NCBI GenBank assembly: GCA_963817955.1
Contig: CAWFQK010000003.1
Location: forward strand, 128,001-192,000
Length of the DNA stretch: 64,000 nucleotides
Direction: 5' to 3'
Source of the DNA: an uncultured Gemmatimonadaceae bacterium
GTDB lineage: Bacteria; Gemmatimonadota; Gemmatimonadetes; Gemmatimonadales; Gemmatimonadaceae
The position numbers were made by a program, and so were the translations under genes. The notes beneath the pieces are model-generated. The model did not search any database. It was given only the letters and a program-made list of their open reading frames with translations, and was not told where the DNA came from. Shown here piece after piece: positions 10,747-20,248 of the stretch (position 1 is the stretch's first letter; each line of letters begins with the position of its first letter).

Positions 10747-10942
10747 ACACGCGGGAAGGATCACCGCGCAGGCCACCACGATTCCGAACAGCGAAAGGCC
10801 GATATGGTGACGCTTCGCGAGCGCGCCGAGAGATATTCGTTGCATGGGCGCGCTCCATCTGGGTTGACAAGGGAGAACTGCTCCGCAGAATAGCTCGGAC
10901 GCAGAGCACGACTATCATAAGGTACGGTTCTCCCCGGGGCAA

Positions 10943-11800
10943 ATGTCTCACCCGATTGTCTGGAACGTCGACCCGGTTCTCGTTCGCCTCGGACCGCTGA
11001 CAGTTCGCTACTATGGGATCTGCTTCGGTCTCGCCATCGTCACGGGGTTCGCCGTCTGGTTCAGCCGGGTGCGGCGATTTGGCGAGTCCACGGCGTTCGC
11101 CGAGCAGATGCTGTATGGGGGAGTGCCCGCGGTAATCATTGGCGGGAGGCTCGGCTACTGCTTCTTCTATACACCCAGACTCTACCTCGCCAATCCGCTT
11201 CGTGTCCTTGCGGTGTGGCAAGGCGGGTTCGCCTCTCATGGAGTCGCCGCGGGACTCGTCGTCTGGCTGTGGGTGTTCAGTCGGCGGGAACACATCACCT
11301 GGACCCGTTTGGCCGATTACTTCGCTCCCGCAGTCGCGCTTGCGGTCGGGTGGATTCGGGTCGGCAACTTCTTCAACTCCGAGGTCCTCGGTCGGCCCGC
11401 GTCGGTGCCGTGGGCGATCGTCTTTGCGCGTCACGACCAGGTGCCCCGACACCCGGCACAGTTGTACGATTTGCTGATCGGCCCCATCACCTACCTGGTG
11501 TTGACCGTCATCGAGCGTCGCAACGTTCGGCCGATCGGCTCGGGGCTCATTGCCGGCACCTTTCTCACTGTCTACTTCGGGCTCCGCATCTTCGTGGAGC
11601 AGTACAAGGATTTCTATGTCGAGCAGTTGCGCGACATGTCGCCATTCAGGAACATCGAGCAATGGCTCGGCGTGCCAATCCACACGGGGCAATGGCTGAG
11701 CATTCTCCCGTTCCTCGCCGGAATGCTCCTCATTGGACGCGCAATGTGCTCGCGTGAACGGCCGTGCGAGATCCACGCCGCGCCCAGCGTGCCAGGCTGA
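10943..11800 (+). CDS. lgt: Prolipoprotein diacylglyceryl transferase
   Basis: GGRLGY, WQGGFASHG, RVGNFFNSE..GRP, PRHPAQLY and LRIFVE motifs. Confidence 0.93.
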   Translation: MSHPIVWNVDPVLVRLGPLTVRYYGICFGLAIVTGFAVWFSRVRRFGESTAFAEQMLYGGVPAVIIGGRLGYCFFYTPRLYLANPLRVLAVWQGGFASHGVAAGLVVWLWVFSRREHITWTRLADYFAPAVALAVGWIRVGNFFNSEVLGRPASVPWAIVFARHDQVPRHPAQLYDLLIGPITYLVLTVIERRNVRPIGSGLIAGTFLTVYFGLRIFVEQYKDFYVEQLRDMSPFRNIEQWLGVPIHTGQWLSILPFLAGMLLIGRAMCSRERPCEIHAAPSVPG

Positions 11801-11802
11801 TA

Positions 11803-13482
11803 GTGGAGTCCGGACTCCGCACGACGCCGATCTTGCATTTCCGTCGTCCGAGTGAGCGACCGGTGATGCGCGCCGAGCGTGACCGAGTCACGATCTGGTT
11901 CGGCGGGCTCACCATGCGACACGAACAGCTCATCCTTGCTTCGCTTCAGGGGCTCGGCTACAAGGCCGGCGTGATCGCGACTCCGGACAAAGCTGACTTT
12001 CAGGCGGGCAAGGAGTTTGGCAACAACGGGCAGTGCAATCCCACGCACTTCATGGTGGGCGCACTCGTGAACCACCTTCGCCGCATGCGTGATGTGGACG
12101 GCATCCCACTCGGTGAGATTCTCGATAACAACGTCTTTATGACGGCGGGTGCATGCGGCCCATGCCGGTTCGGCATGTACGAGGCGGAGTTTCGTCTCGC
12201 CTTGCGCAACTCAGGGTTCGACGGCTTTCGGGTGGTGCTGTTCGAACAGAAGGGAGGGTTGGACCAGTCGAGCGAGACAGCCGGAGTGGACTTCAACCTG
12301 AACTTCTTCATCTCGCTCCTCAATAGCTTCATCATGGGCGACTTGCTCAACGCAGTCGCCTATGCCATCCGCCCCTATGCGGTCGATCGCGGACAGGCTG
12401 AGGCCGTGTTCGCGCGTTGCCTCGCCCTTTGCGCAGACGCCATACGTGAGAAGGACTACGACGCGATCCGTGCCGGCCCTTTGATTGCGCTGCTCTCCAG
12501 CGTCACACCCGTGAATGGTCGTGCGGCCGCCGCGAAGTACGTGGATCAGCTCTGCGGGACGTACTATGCCGACGTGATCTCGAGATGCCGCACGATGATC
12601 GCGGACGACATCGAGGTCGATTATCTGCGCCCAAAGCCCATCTGCAAGATCACCGGCGAATTCTGGGCGCAGACCACCGAAGGCGATGGCAACTTTCGCA
12701 TGTTCCGCTTTCTCGAAAGCGAAGGCGCCGAAGTGCTCGTCGAGCCGGTGACAACGTGGCTCACGTACATGCTCAACCAGGCGATGACCGCGGCGAGGGA
12801 CCGCGCCGGACTCCACGTCGATGGCGTGGCCACCCCGGCAAGCGGCATCCGTGCTCGCGCGGCGGCCGCACTGGCGCTCAGCAAGAAGCTGTTCACTCTC
12901 GCTCTTGCCCAGCGGATGTTGAGACGAGAATACGAGCGATTTCGTACGGCGCTCGGTGGTACCGCGCATCGACTCGTCGATCAACCCGAACTGCAACGGC
13001 TCGGGCATGCGTACTACAACAGTCGTGCGGGTGGAGGAGAAGGCCACCTCGAGGTCGCCAACAACATCTACTACAACCGCGAGGGACTCTGTCACATGGT
13101 CCTCAGCGTGAAGCCATTCGGCTGCATGCCGAGCACGCAGTCCGATGGCGCGCAGGCGGCGGTCACGTCGCACTTCAAGAACATGACGTACCTCCCCATC
13201 GAAACGTCAGGTGAAGGCGACATCAGTGCGCACAGTCGCGTGCAGATGGCGCTCGGCGAAGCAAAGACAAAGTGCAAGGAAGAATTCCGTCGCGCGGTGG
13301 ACCAGACCGGCTATACGCTCGACGACATCCGGGCATTCGTCGCCATGCGGCGCGACCTTCGGAATCCATTGCAGAACATGCCGTCCTGTCCAGGGTTCGT
13401 TGGGCGCGCGGCGATATTCGCGCTTCACGTTGGTGCGTTGATGCGACGCGAGGGTGTCGAGCCTGGCGCAGGCGCACCATGA
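11803..13482 (+). CDS. 2-hydroxyacyl-CoA dehydratase-like / PlsR-like reductase subunit
   Basis: GQCNP, GACGPCRFGMY, GEGHLEV and KPFGCMP Cys motifs; possible GTG start 2 nt after the lgt stop (start uncertain). Confidence 0.75.
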   Translation: MESGLRTTPILHFRRPSERPVMRAERDRVTIWFGGLTMRHEQLILASLQGLGYKAGVIATPDKADFQAGKEFGNNGQCNPTHFMVGALVNHLRRMRDVDGIPLGEILDNNVFMTAGACGPCRFGMYEAEFRLALRNSGFDGFRVVLFEQKGGLDQSSETAGVDFNLNFFISLLNSFIMGDLLNAVAYAIRPYAVDRGQAEAVFARCLALCADAIREKDYDAIRAGPLIALLSSVTPVNGRAAAAKYVDQLCGTYYADVISRCRTMIADDIEVDYLRPKPICKITGEFWAQTTEGDGNFRMFRFLESEGAEVLVEPVTTWLTYMLNQAMTAARDRAGLHVDGVATPASGIRARAAAALALSKKLFTLALAQRMLRREYERFRTALGGTAHRLVDQPELQRLGHAYYNSRAGGGEGHLEVANNIYYNREGLCHMVLSVKPFGCMPSTQSDGAQAAVTSHFKNMTYLPIETSGEGDISAHSRVQMALGEAKTKCKEEFRRAVDQTGYTLDDIRAFVAMRRDLRNPLQNMPSCPGFVGRAAIFALHVGALMRREGVEPGAGAP

Positions 13483-13501
13483 GTGAGCAGGACGGCAGGG
13501 T

Positions 13502-16500
13502 GTGACCATGCAACCACCCGTGTTCGCCGGTACGGCGGCGTACCCGCAAGGGCTGCTGGTGGGACTCGATGTCGGCAGCACGACGGTCAAGTTCGTCGTG
13601 GTGGACCCGGCGACTGATCGAATCCTGTGCAAGGATTATCAGCGCCACGAGACGCGGCAGCCCGAGAAGTGCCTCGAGATGCTCAATGCGATCCTCGCGC
13701 GATTTCCCGCTGTTCCAGCCCATGCTCTTCGTGTTTTCGCGACCGGAACCGGGGGCGCCACGATCGGCGAGCGCATCGGCGCAAAGTTCGTGCAGGAGGT
13801 GACTGCGGTGAGTCTTGCCGTCGAGCGGCTGTATCCCGATGTGCACAGCGTGGTGGAACTCGGCGGACAGGACGCGAAGATCATCGTCTTCACGACCGAC
13901 GAGAGCACGGGGCGCAAGAAGGCAAGTCCCTCGATGAACGACAAGTGCGCCGGTGGGACGGGTGCCGTGATCGACAAGGTGACGGCGAAGCTTGGCATCG
14001 CCTCGTCCGATCTGCGCACGATGCGTTATGACGGTCTCAGACTTCATCCTGTCGCGGGCAAGTGCGGGGTGTTCGCCGAAACCGACATCAACGGCTTGCA
14101 GAAGCAGGGCGTTCCTGCTCCTGAGCTCATGGCGTCGTTGTTCGAGTCGATCGTCCAGCAGAACCTCGCGGTCCTCACGCGCGGGCACACGCTGCGTCCC
14201 GGCGTCCTTCTGCTTGGCGGCCCTAACTGCTACATCAGCGGCCTGCAGGAGTGCTGGCGTCGCAACCTGCTGATCGTGTGGGACGAGCGCGACGTCGAAT
14301 ACGACAGGAACACGCCGCTCGAAGAACTGGTGATCGTTCCGGAGGATGCGCAGTACTTCGCCGCGATCGGCGCCGTGGAGTTCGCGAAGGGCGAACTCGC
14401 CGACACGCCAGATATCGGTGTCTTTACCGGTGTCGCAGCGCTCGAGTGGTATCTCATGGAAGGGCGCGCCAGGGAGAGACAAGCCGCGGGTGGCAGGGGA
14501 CTCTGGTCGTCGCGCGAAGAACTCGATGCGTTCCGCGCTCGATACACTCCAGTGCCGTGGGTCACACGGCTCGTCGCGCAGGGGTCCGTCGTACGCGCAT
14601 TCATGGGGGTCGACGGCGGTAGCACGAGCACGAAGGCGGTCTTGCTCGACGAAGACAAGAACGTCATCGCCACGTCGTACCGGCTCTCGAAGGGAAATCC
14701 CATCGAAGACGCGATGGAGGTGGTCGGCGACCTGCGGTGCGCCATCGAGGACCAGGGCGCCACGCTCGCACTCCTTGGTGTCGGCACGACCGGTTACGCC
14801 AAGGACGTGCTGAGGGATGTGTTCCGCGCGGATGTTGCACTCGTCGAGACAGTCGCCCACACGCAGGCGGGGTTGCACTTCTACCCGGATGCGGATGTGA
14901 TCGTGGATGTCGGCGGCCAGGACATCAAGTTGATCATACTCCAGAACGGCCAGGTCAAGGACTTCAAGCTCAACACGCAGTGCTCCGCTGGGAATGGCTA
15001 CTTCCTGCAGAGCACCGCGCAGGCATTTGGATACTCGGTCACGGAGTTCGCCGAGACCGCGTTCAGCGCGCAAGCGATGCCGCGCTTCGGGTACGGGTGC
15101 GCGGTGTTCATGCAATCGGACATCGTGGACTTCCAGCGCCAAGGCTGGGCGCCGAACGAGATCATGGCGGCACTCTGCGACGTGCTCCCGAAGAACATCT
15201 GGCTTTATATCTCGCAGATCCCCAATCTCGCGCAACTGGGACGCCGGTTCGTGTTGCAGGGTGGCACGCAGCACAACCTTGCGGCGGTCAAGGCACAGGT
15301 GGATTTCATCGAAGCCCGTTTTCGCGGATTTGCGGTCCGACCCGACGTGGTGGTGCACCGTTTCTGCGGTGAAGCGGGCGCCATTGGCTGCGCGGTGGAA
15401 GCCCATCGCCTGTATGTGGAAGGCGGGCACCGCACCACGTTCATCGGGCTCGATCGCGTGCAGGCGATCGTCTACAGGAGCACGCGCTCCGAGGCGACGC
15501 GGTGCTTCTTCTGCAGGAACAAGTGCCTGCGCACCTTCATCGACGTGCACACCGGCGGCGACGAACACGCAGGATCGAGCGCCAGGATGCGCGCGACCTC
15601 GAAGGTTGCCATGCAGCCGGGCGAGCAGCGTCTGATCATCGCGACGTGTGAAAAGGGCAGCGTCGAGGACGTGGAAGCGATGAAGGAGATCAGGGCGGGG
15701 ATCGAGTCCGTCGGCGATGCGAATCCCAACTTCGCTTCGCTGGCGTCCCGCGCCGCGTTCATGCCGGCGGGCGTCGCGCTGGTCAGCGATCCCAGACTCG
15801 CACACGCGCCGCGATTCTGGTCGCGTCGCCGACGAGCTGACAGCCGCGCCGCTTCGGTGGCTCGGCGTGGACAGATTCGTGTGGGAATGCCGCGCGCGCT
15901 AGCGATGTACTCGGTAGGCCCATGGTTCATGGCCTATTTCGAGTCGCTGGGCCTCCTCGCGCGCAACCTCGTGTGGAGTGACTATACCAGCGACGGACTG
16001 TACAGAGCTGGCGCGAAGCGCGGCGCGATCGATCCATGCTTCCCGAGCAAGATCGGGATTCCGCACGTGCACAATCTGTTGTACAGCAAGCACACGGTGG
16101 AGCATCCGCTCGACTTCATCTTCTTTCCGATGATCGACAGTCTGCCCACCTTCCTCGAAGGGGTCATCGACAGCCGTTCCTGCCCGACGGTGACCACTAC
16201 GCCCGAGGCCGTCAAGGCGGCGTTCACGAAGGAACGCGATGTGTTCGCCGAACGCCGTGTACGGTATCTCGACACATTCCTCAACTTTGCCGAGCCTGCC
16301 CTGCTCGCTCGGCAAATGTATGGTGAATTCCGCGAGACGCTGGGACTGTCCGTCGAAGAAAACGACCTTGCGTGCCAGGCAGCATGGACCCACCTGGATG
16401 CGGTCGAAACGCGGCTGCGACGCCATGCGCGGCTCGTGCTCGATCGACTCGAAGCGACCGGGCGGATCGGCCTGGTGCTCCTGTCACGCCCATATCATGA

Positions 16501-16963
16501 CGATCCCGGCGTATGCCAGGAGATACCAGCGGAGTTCCAGAAACTCGGTATTCCGGTGTTCACCGCCGACGTTCTTCCACGCGACCCCGACCTGCTCGAG
16601 CGGTTGTTCGGCGACGAAGTGCGCGCCGGCGCGATGCGCAGCGCGCTCTCGATCGACGACGCGTGGAAGAATGCCTACAGCGAGAATTCGAATCGTAAAG
16701 TGTGGGCCGCGAAGTATGCGGCGCGGCATCCCAACCTCGTCGCGCTCGAGCTATCCAGCTTCAAATGCGGCCAGGATGCGCCGATATGTTCCGTGGTCGA
16801 GGAGATCGTCGAGCGATCGGGCACACCGTACTTCTGCTGCAAGGACATCGACGAGAACAAGCCCACGGGTTCGATACGGCTTCGCGTCGAGACCATCGCC
16901 TATTGCCTTCGCCGGCACCGCGAGAACCTTGTTGCGTGCGAGAGAGGGGACGCGAACCCCTAG
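13502..16963 (+). CDS. BadF/BadG/BcrA/BcrD double activator + DUF2229 protein (PlsA/Ger-like architecture)
   Basis: Two ASKHA ATPase domains (GLDVGSTTVK..ELGGQDAK..NDKCAGGTG; GVDGGSTSTK..DVGGQDIK..NTQCSAGNG); CFFCRNKC linker; C-terminal CFPSK, SCP and FKCGQD motifs. Confidence 0.85.
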   Translation: MTMQPPVFAGTAAYPQGLLVGLDVGSTTVKFVVVDPATDRILCKDYQRHETRQPEKCLEMLNAILARFPAVPAHALRVFATGTGGATIGERIGAKFVQEVTAVSLAVERLYPDVHSVVELGGQDAKIIVFTTDESTGRKKASPSMNDKCAGGTGAVIDKVTAKLGIASSDLRTMRYDGLRLHPVAGKCGVFAETDINGLQKQGVPAPELMASLFESIVQQNLAVLTRGHTLRPGVLLLGGPNCYISGLQECWRRNLLIVWDERDVEYDRNTPLEELVIVPEDAQYFAAIGAVEFAKGELADTPDIGVFTGVAALEWYLMEGRARERQAAGGRGLWSSREELDAFRARYTPVPWVTRLVAQGSVVRAFMGVDGGSTSTKAVLLDEDKNVIATSYRLSKGNPIEDAMEVVGDLRCAIEDQGATLALLGVGTTGYAKDVLRDVFRADVALVETVAHTQAGLHFYPDADVIVDVGGQDIKLIILQNGQVKDFKLNTQCSAGNGYFLQSTAQAFGYSVTEFAETAFSAQAMPRFGYGCAVFMQSDIVDFQRQGWAPNEIMAALCDVLPKNIWLYISQIPNLAQLGRRFVLQGGTQHNLAAVKAQVDFIEARFRGFAVRPDVVVHRFCGEAGAIGCAVEAHRLYVEGGHRTTFIGLDRVQAIVYRSTRSEATRCFFCRNKCLRTFIDVHTGGDEHAGSSARMRATSKVAMQPGEQRLIIATCEKGSVEDVEAMKEIRAGIESVGDANPNFASLASRAAFMPAGVALVSDPRLAHAPRFWSRRRRADSRAASVARRGQIRVGMPRALAMYSVGPWFMAYFESLGLLARNLVWSDYTSDGLYRAGAKRGAIDPCFPSKIGIPHVHNLLYSKHTVEHPLDFIFFPMIDSLPTFLEGVIDSRSCPTVTTTPEAVKAAFTKERDVFAERRVRYLDTFLNFAEPALLARQMYGEFRETLGLSVEENDLACQAAWTHLDAVETRLRRHARLVLDRLEATGRIGLVLLSRPYHDDPGVCQEIPAEFQKLGIPVFTADVLPRDPDLLERLFGDEVRAGAMRSALSIDDAWKNAYSENSNRKVWAAKYAARHPNLVALELSSFKCGQDAPICSVVEEIVERSGTPYFCCKDIDENKPTGSIRLRVETIAYCLRRHRENLVACERGDANP

Positions 16964-16981
16964 TTACGCGACAGCGGATTT

Positions 16982-19127
16982 TCACTTCATCTCAAACTGC
17001 GCCGCCAAGCCGCTCAGCGTCATGTTCTCAGCGACAGCGTCGTGGGGAATGAGGAGGTACGTCCACGGCTTACCGTGATACGTTCTCGTGTGGTCACTTG
17101 CCCGCTCGCACCACCTCACCGCCACGTCGCGTTTAGCAATGACCATTGGGTCCTGCATTTCACTTCGGGCTTTGGGCTCCAGCATGTAAATCGTGGCCTC
17201 CGTTTCGGCCACGAAGTCGGGTTGGTACTCGAGATGATCCGCACCAGATTTGTAGTAGATCTGGAACTGGCCCTTGGCGGGCTTGAACCACTTCGACGCC
17301 TCGCGTTCCAAAATAACGGATAACTTGCGCTCGGTATCGGATTGAAATTTCTGCACTGGGTACAGACAGCGATTGAAACCGCCGAAGAGATACTTCGCCA
17401 TGTTGCTCTTGTCTGAAGGCGGCTTTCGGTAATCGAGCGCCGGCCCACCCGCCAGTGTGGTGTAGGCACTCGGCTTCAACTGGGTGAAGCCCTTACTGAT
17501 TTTCACCTCGTAGCCCGTCGCCTTTTCCCAAGAATGTTCCTGCATTTGAGCGTGAACGAACTCGGCAATGGTTCGCTGGTAGGAACTGAGCACCTTGCGC
17601 ACCTCGTGCTCGTCGGGGAGGTAGCTACGCAGGCGATTCACAACCTGGCCAGAGAGATCGTAAAGCAGGTCGGCATGTGCGTCGTACGATACATCGTCGA
17701 AATCAACAAGTCCGCTGACGACGTAATCCTCCAGGCGTAATTCCTGGGTGCCACCCTTTCCCATCGCGATCACATCCACTTGATCCGTGCGCAGGTGCTT
17801 GGCCCATAGCTCCTCCGATACCGGCGGATAGTTGAGCGTATCCAGTTTGAGAGTGAACGGATTGAATCCGGATTGAATGTTGCCGGTGGGCACAACGAGA
17901 ATGCGCGGAATATCGATCGTTTGCTGAATCACCAGATCGGTGGTCTTCGCCACAATGGCCGCGATATCGGGCCGGGGCGTTACACCGTCCATCTCGAGCT
18001 GTGACGGGCGATACTGGGCGACCACTTCTTTTGCCACCTTGTCCTGCATATCCGCTTTCGCCAGGTAAGAGACACTGGGCAGCAACTGAGGTTGATTCTC
18101 AAGTGTCCGGATCACCTGATAGACAAGCTGAGCTACGCTTTCATCTACCGGTGTATTGAACGCAGACGGCTCGGTGCATTTCGACAGTTGTGTGCCGGCA
18201 GTCATCCGTTCGGGCTGCAAGCCCAACTTGCTCGCCAATTGGGACTGCGACACCACGGTCACCGTCTTCTCGCCGAGCTCTTCGGGCTCCAGAATCACCT
18301 GTTGCAAGCGGATCGCTGAATCCGGCTTCTTCGCCTCGTCCACGATTTCCTGAAACTTGTCGTGCGCGATAATGTTGAGTCGGTCCACCGCGGTGACGCC
18401 GGTGCGCTTACCGTACGGCAGACGCAGTCCGCGACCAATGGACTGTTCGATGAGCGTACGCGCATTCGCCGCTCGCAATGGCACAATGGTGTAGAGGTTG
18501 GTTACGTCCCAGCCTTCCTTGAGCATGTTGACGTGGATCACGATCTCGGTGGGCTCATCGGTGTGCTCGACCTTGAGCAGCCGCTCGACCATCTCGTCCT
18601 CTTCCGCGCCGCTCTTGCTGGAATCCACCTGGATGACCTTGGTCATGTAGCGCCCATCGAAGAACGCGTCGGACTGGATCAAATCGATTAACTGTTTTGC
18701 GTGCGTCGTGTCCCGTGCAATGACGAGAACGAATGGCTTCACAATTACCTTGCCGCTTTCCCGAGCGTAGGTCTCCAGTTCGACCTTCACCTGCTCATGC
18801 AATCGGACGCCGTCCTGAAGCTTCATCAACTCGAGGGCATCTGCCGTCATACCGGCGGGACTGAAATTCTTACGCGTCACGACGGCAGGCTCTTTCACGA
18901 AGCCATCGGCCATCGCCTTACCCAGCGGGTAGTCGAGGATGACGTTCTTGAACGGCACCGGGCCCTTGGTAGTCTCCACGAACGGCGTGGCCGTGAGTTC
19001 GAGGCCGATGATCGGTTTCAGCTCGTTGATCGCTCGCACACCGGCGCTGGCCCGATAGCGGTGCGCCTCGTCCATGATCAGCACGAGGTCAGGCAGGGCA
19101 GCCAGGTACTCGAAGTAACTCTCGCCT
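16982..19127 (-). pseudogene. Type III restriction endonuclease (Res) subunit, N-terminally truncated
   Basis: DEAH, LELTATP, MLKEGWDV, EQSIGRGLR and PD-(D/E)xK (YQPDF..LEPK) motifs; the frame begins at GESYFEYLA right after a stop codon; no Walker A and no mod gene. Confidence 0.85.
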
Positions 19128-19128
19128 T

Positions 19129-19986
19129 ATGACGGCACCCAGAATGGCGAGTGTGCGTCCGATGAGTGTCGGCTTCAACGGAGTGCAAGCGCGACTGCAA
19201 CGCGAACGCGAAACCGGTTGGCTTCGAGGACGTACTGAGCCATCTGGAGCAAAGCTGAAGATCGCGAACGCGTTCGCCGCGCCGTCGCCAAGCCGACGCG
19301 CGGAGAGTACGACGTCGAGTTTCGCGTCGTGCGGCCGAGCGGAGACGAGCGACGGGTGGGCCCGCAGCATCCCCGGGCTCGACTCGAACGGCGAGATATA
19401 CCGCATCGCGACGATCACCGAGGACATCACGGAGAGGAACCAGATCGCCGCGAGCCACGAGCGCCTCATTCGCGGGGTTTCGCACGACGTGAAGAACCCT
19501 CTTGGCGCCGCCGCCGGGTTCCTCTCGCTCTTGGAGAGCGGCGTGTTCGGCGGAATGACGGCGCCGCAGCTGGCGAGCGTGAAGCACGCACGGCGATCGA
19601 TTCATCACGCACGGGATCTCGTGTCGCAGCTCCTCGAGATCGAGCGCGCGGACGCGGGACAGTTGAAGATCGAGCGAGAACCCGTGGACCTCGGCGCTTC
19701 GGCGCGCGAGATCGTCGCGGAGTTCAGCGCCGCCGCCGCCGAGAAGCGGCTGAGCCTCGCGCCACTGTGTCCCGGCGAGGGCGACTCGCTCGTCCTCGAG
19801 TCGTATCGCGCGCGCGTCCGTCGGGTTTTGGCGAACCTCGTTTCCAACGCGGTCAAATACACGCAGCCCGACGGAAGCGTCACGGTCGTGCCGCGCCTCG
19901 CCGATGAGGACGAGCGTCCGTGGCACGGACGCTGGGCGGCCGTTTCTGTGGTGGACGACGGACCGGGAATTGAAGCGTTCGCTTGA
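19129..19986 (+). pseudogene. PAS/HisKA/HATPase histidine kinase remnant
   Basis: PAS tail (EYDVEFRVVRPSG) is in another frame; SHDVKNPL, NLVSNA and DDGPGI present, then a stop before the F and G2 boxes. Confidence 0.75.
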
Positions 19987-20248
19987 TCCGCGGCGGACAG
20001 CGGCTCCTTACCTGGTGTCCGGGGTATCCGTTAGTAGAGGTAGACAACGATTCGGGGCCGTGCTCGCCGCGCGCGATGTGGGCCCATTCTTGCCGTACTC
20101 ATTAGTAAGGATACCTCTCAATCACGTCGGCTACGGCCTATATGCCGCCGACTAGGCTTTCGAGCCACTTGTCCCCCTCAATTGACGCTCTTTTAATGCG
20201 AACGGGCTCGAGAGCGCCGAGATCTGGATATGGTGGAACCGGGGACAC

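Larger units (their letters stand above)
8903..10845 (-). pseudogene. DUF11-repeat surface lipoprotein/adhesin, frameshifted at a G10 tract (phase-variable gene or sequencing error)
   Basis: GGAG RBS then ATG 10845 gives MQRISLGALAKRHHIGLSLFGIVVACAVILPAC (lipobox). The G10 tract then shifts frame relative to GSTDIITPPTPAPDISITK. Three DUF11-like repeats and a CnaB/SpaA-like domain (TLTIVK...YTVTE...CTFEN) follow. Confidence 0.8.

Noticed and set aside
10846..11776. N-terminal third of the 957-aa minus-strand ORF 8903..11776
   Set aside because: It is antisense to lgt; the real gene starts at 10845 in another frame.
13223..15805. 860-aa minus-strand ORF
   Set aside because: Antisense shadow of the activase gene, typical of high-GC DNA.
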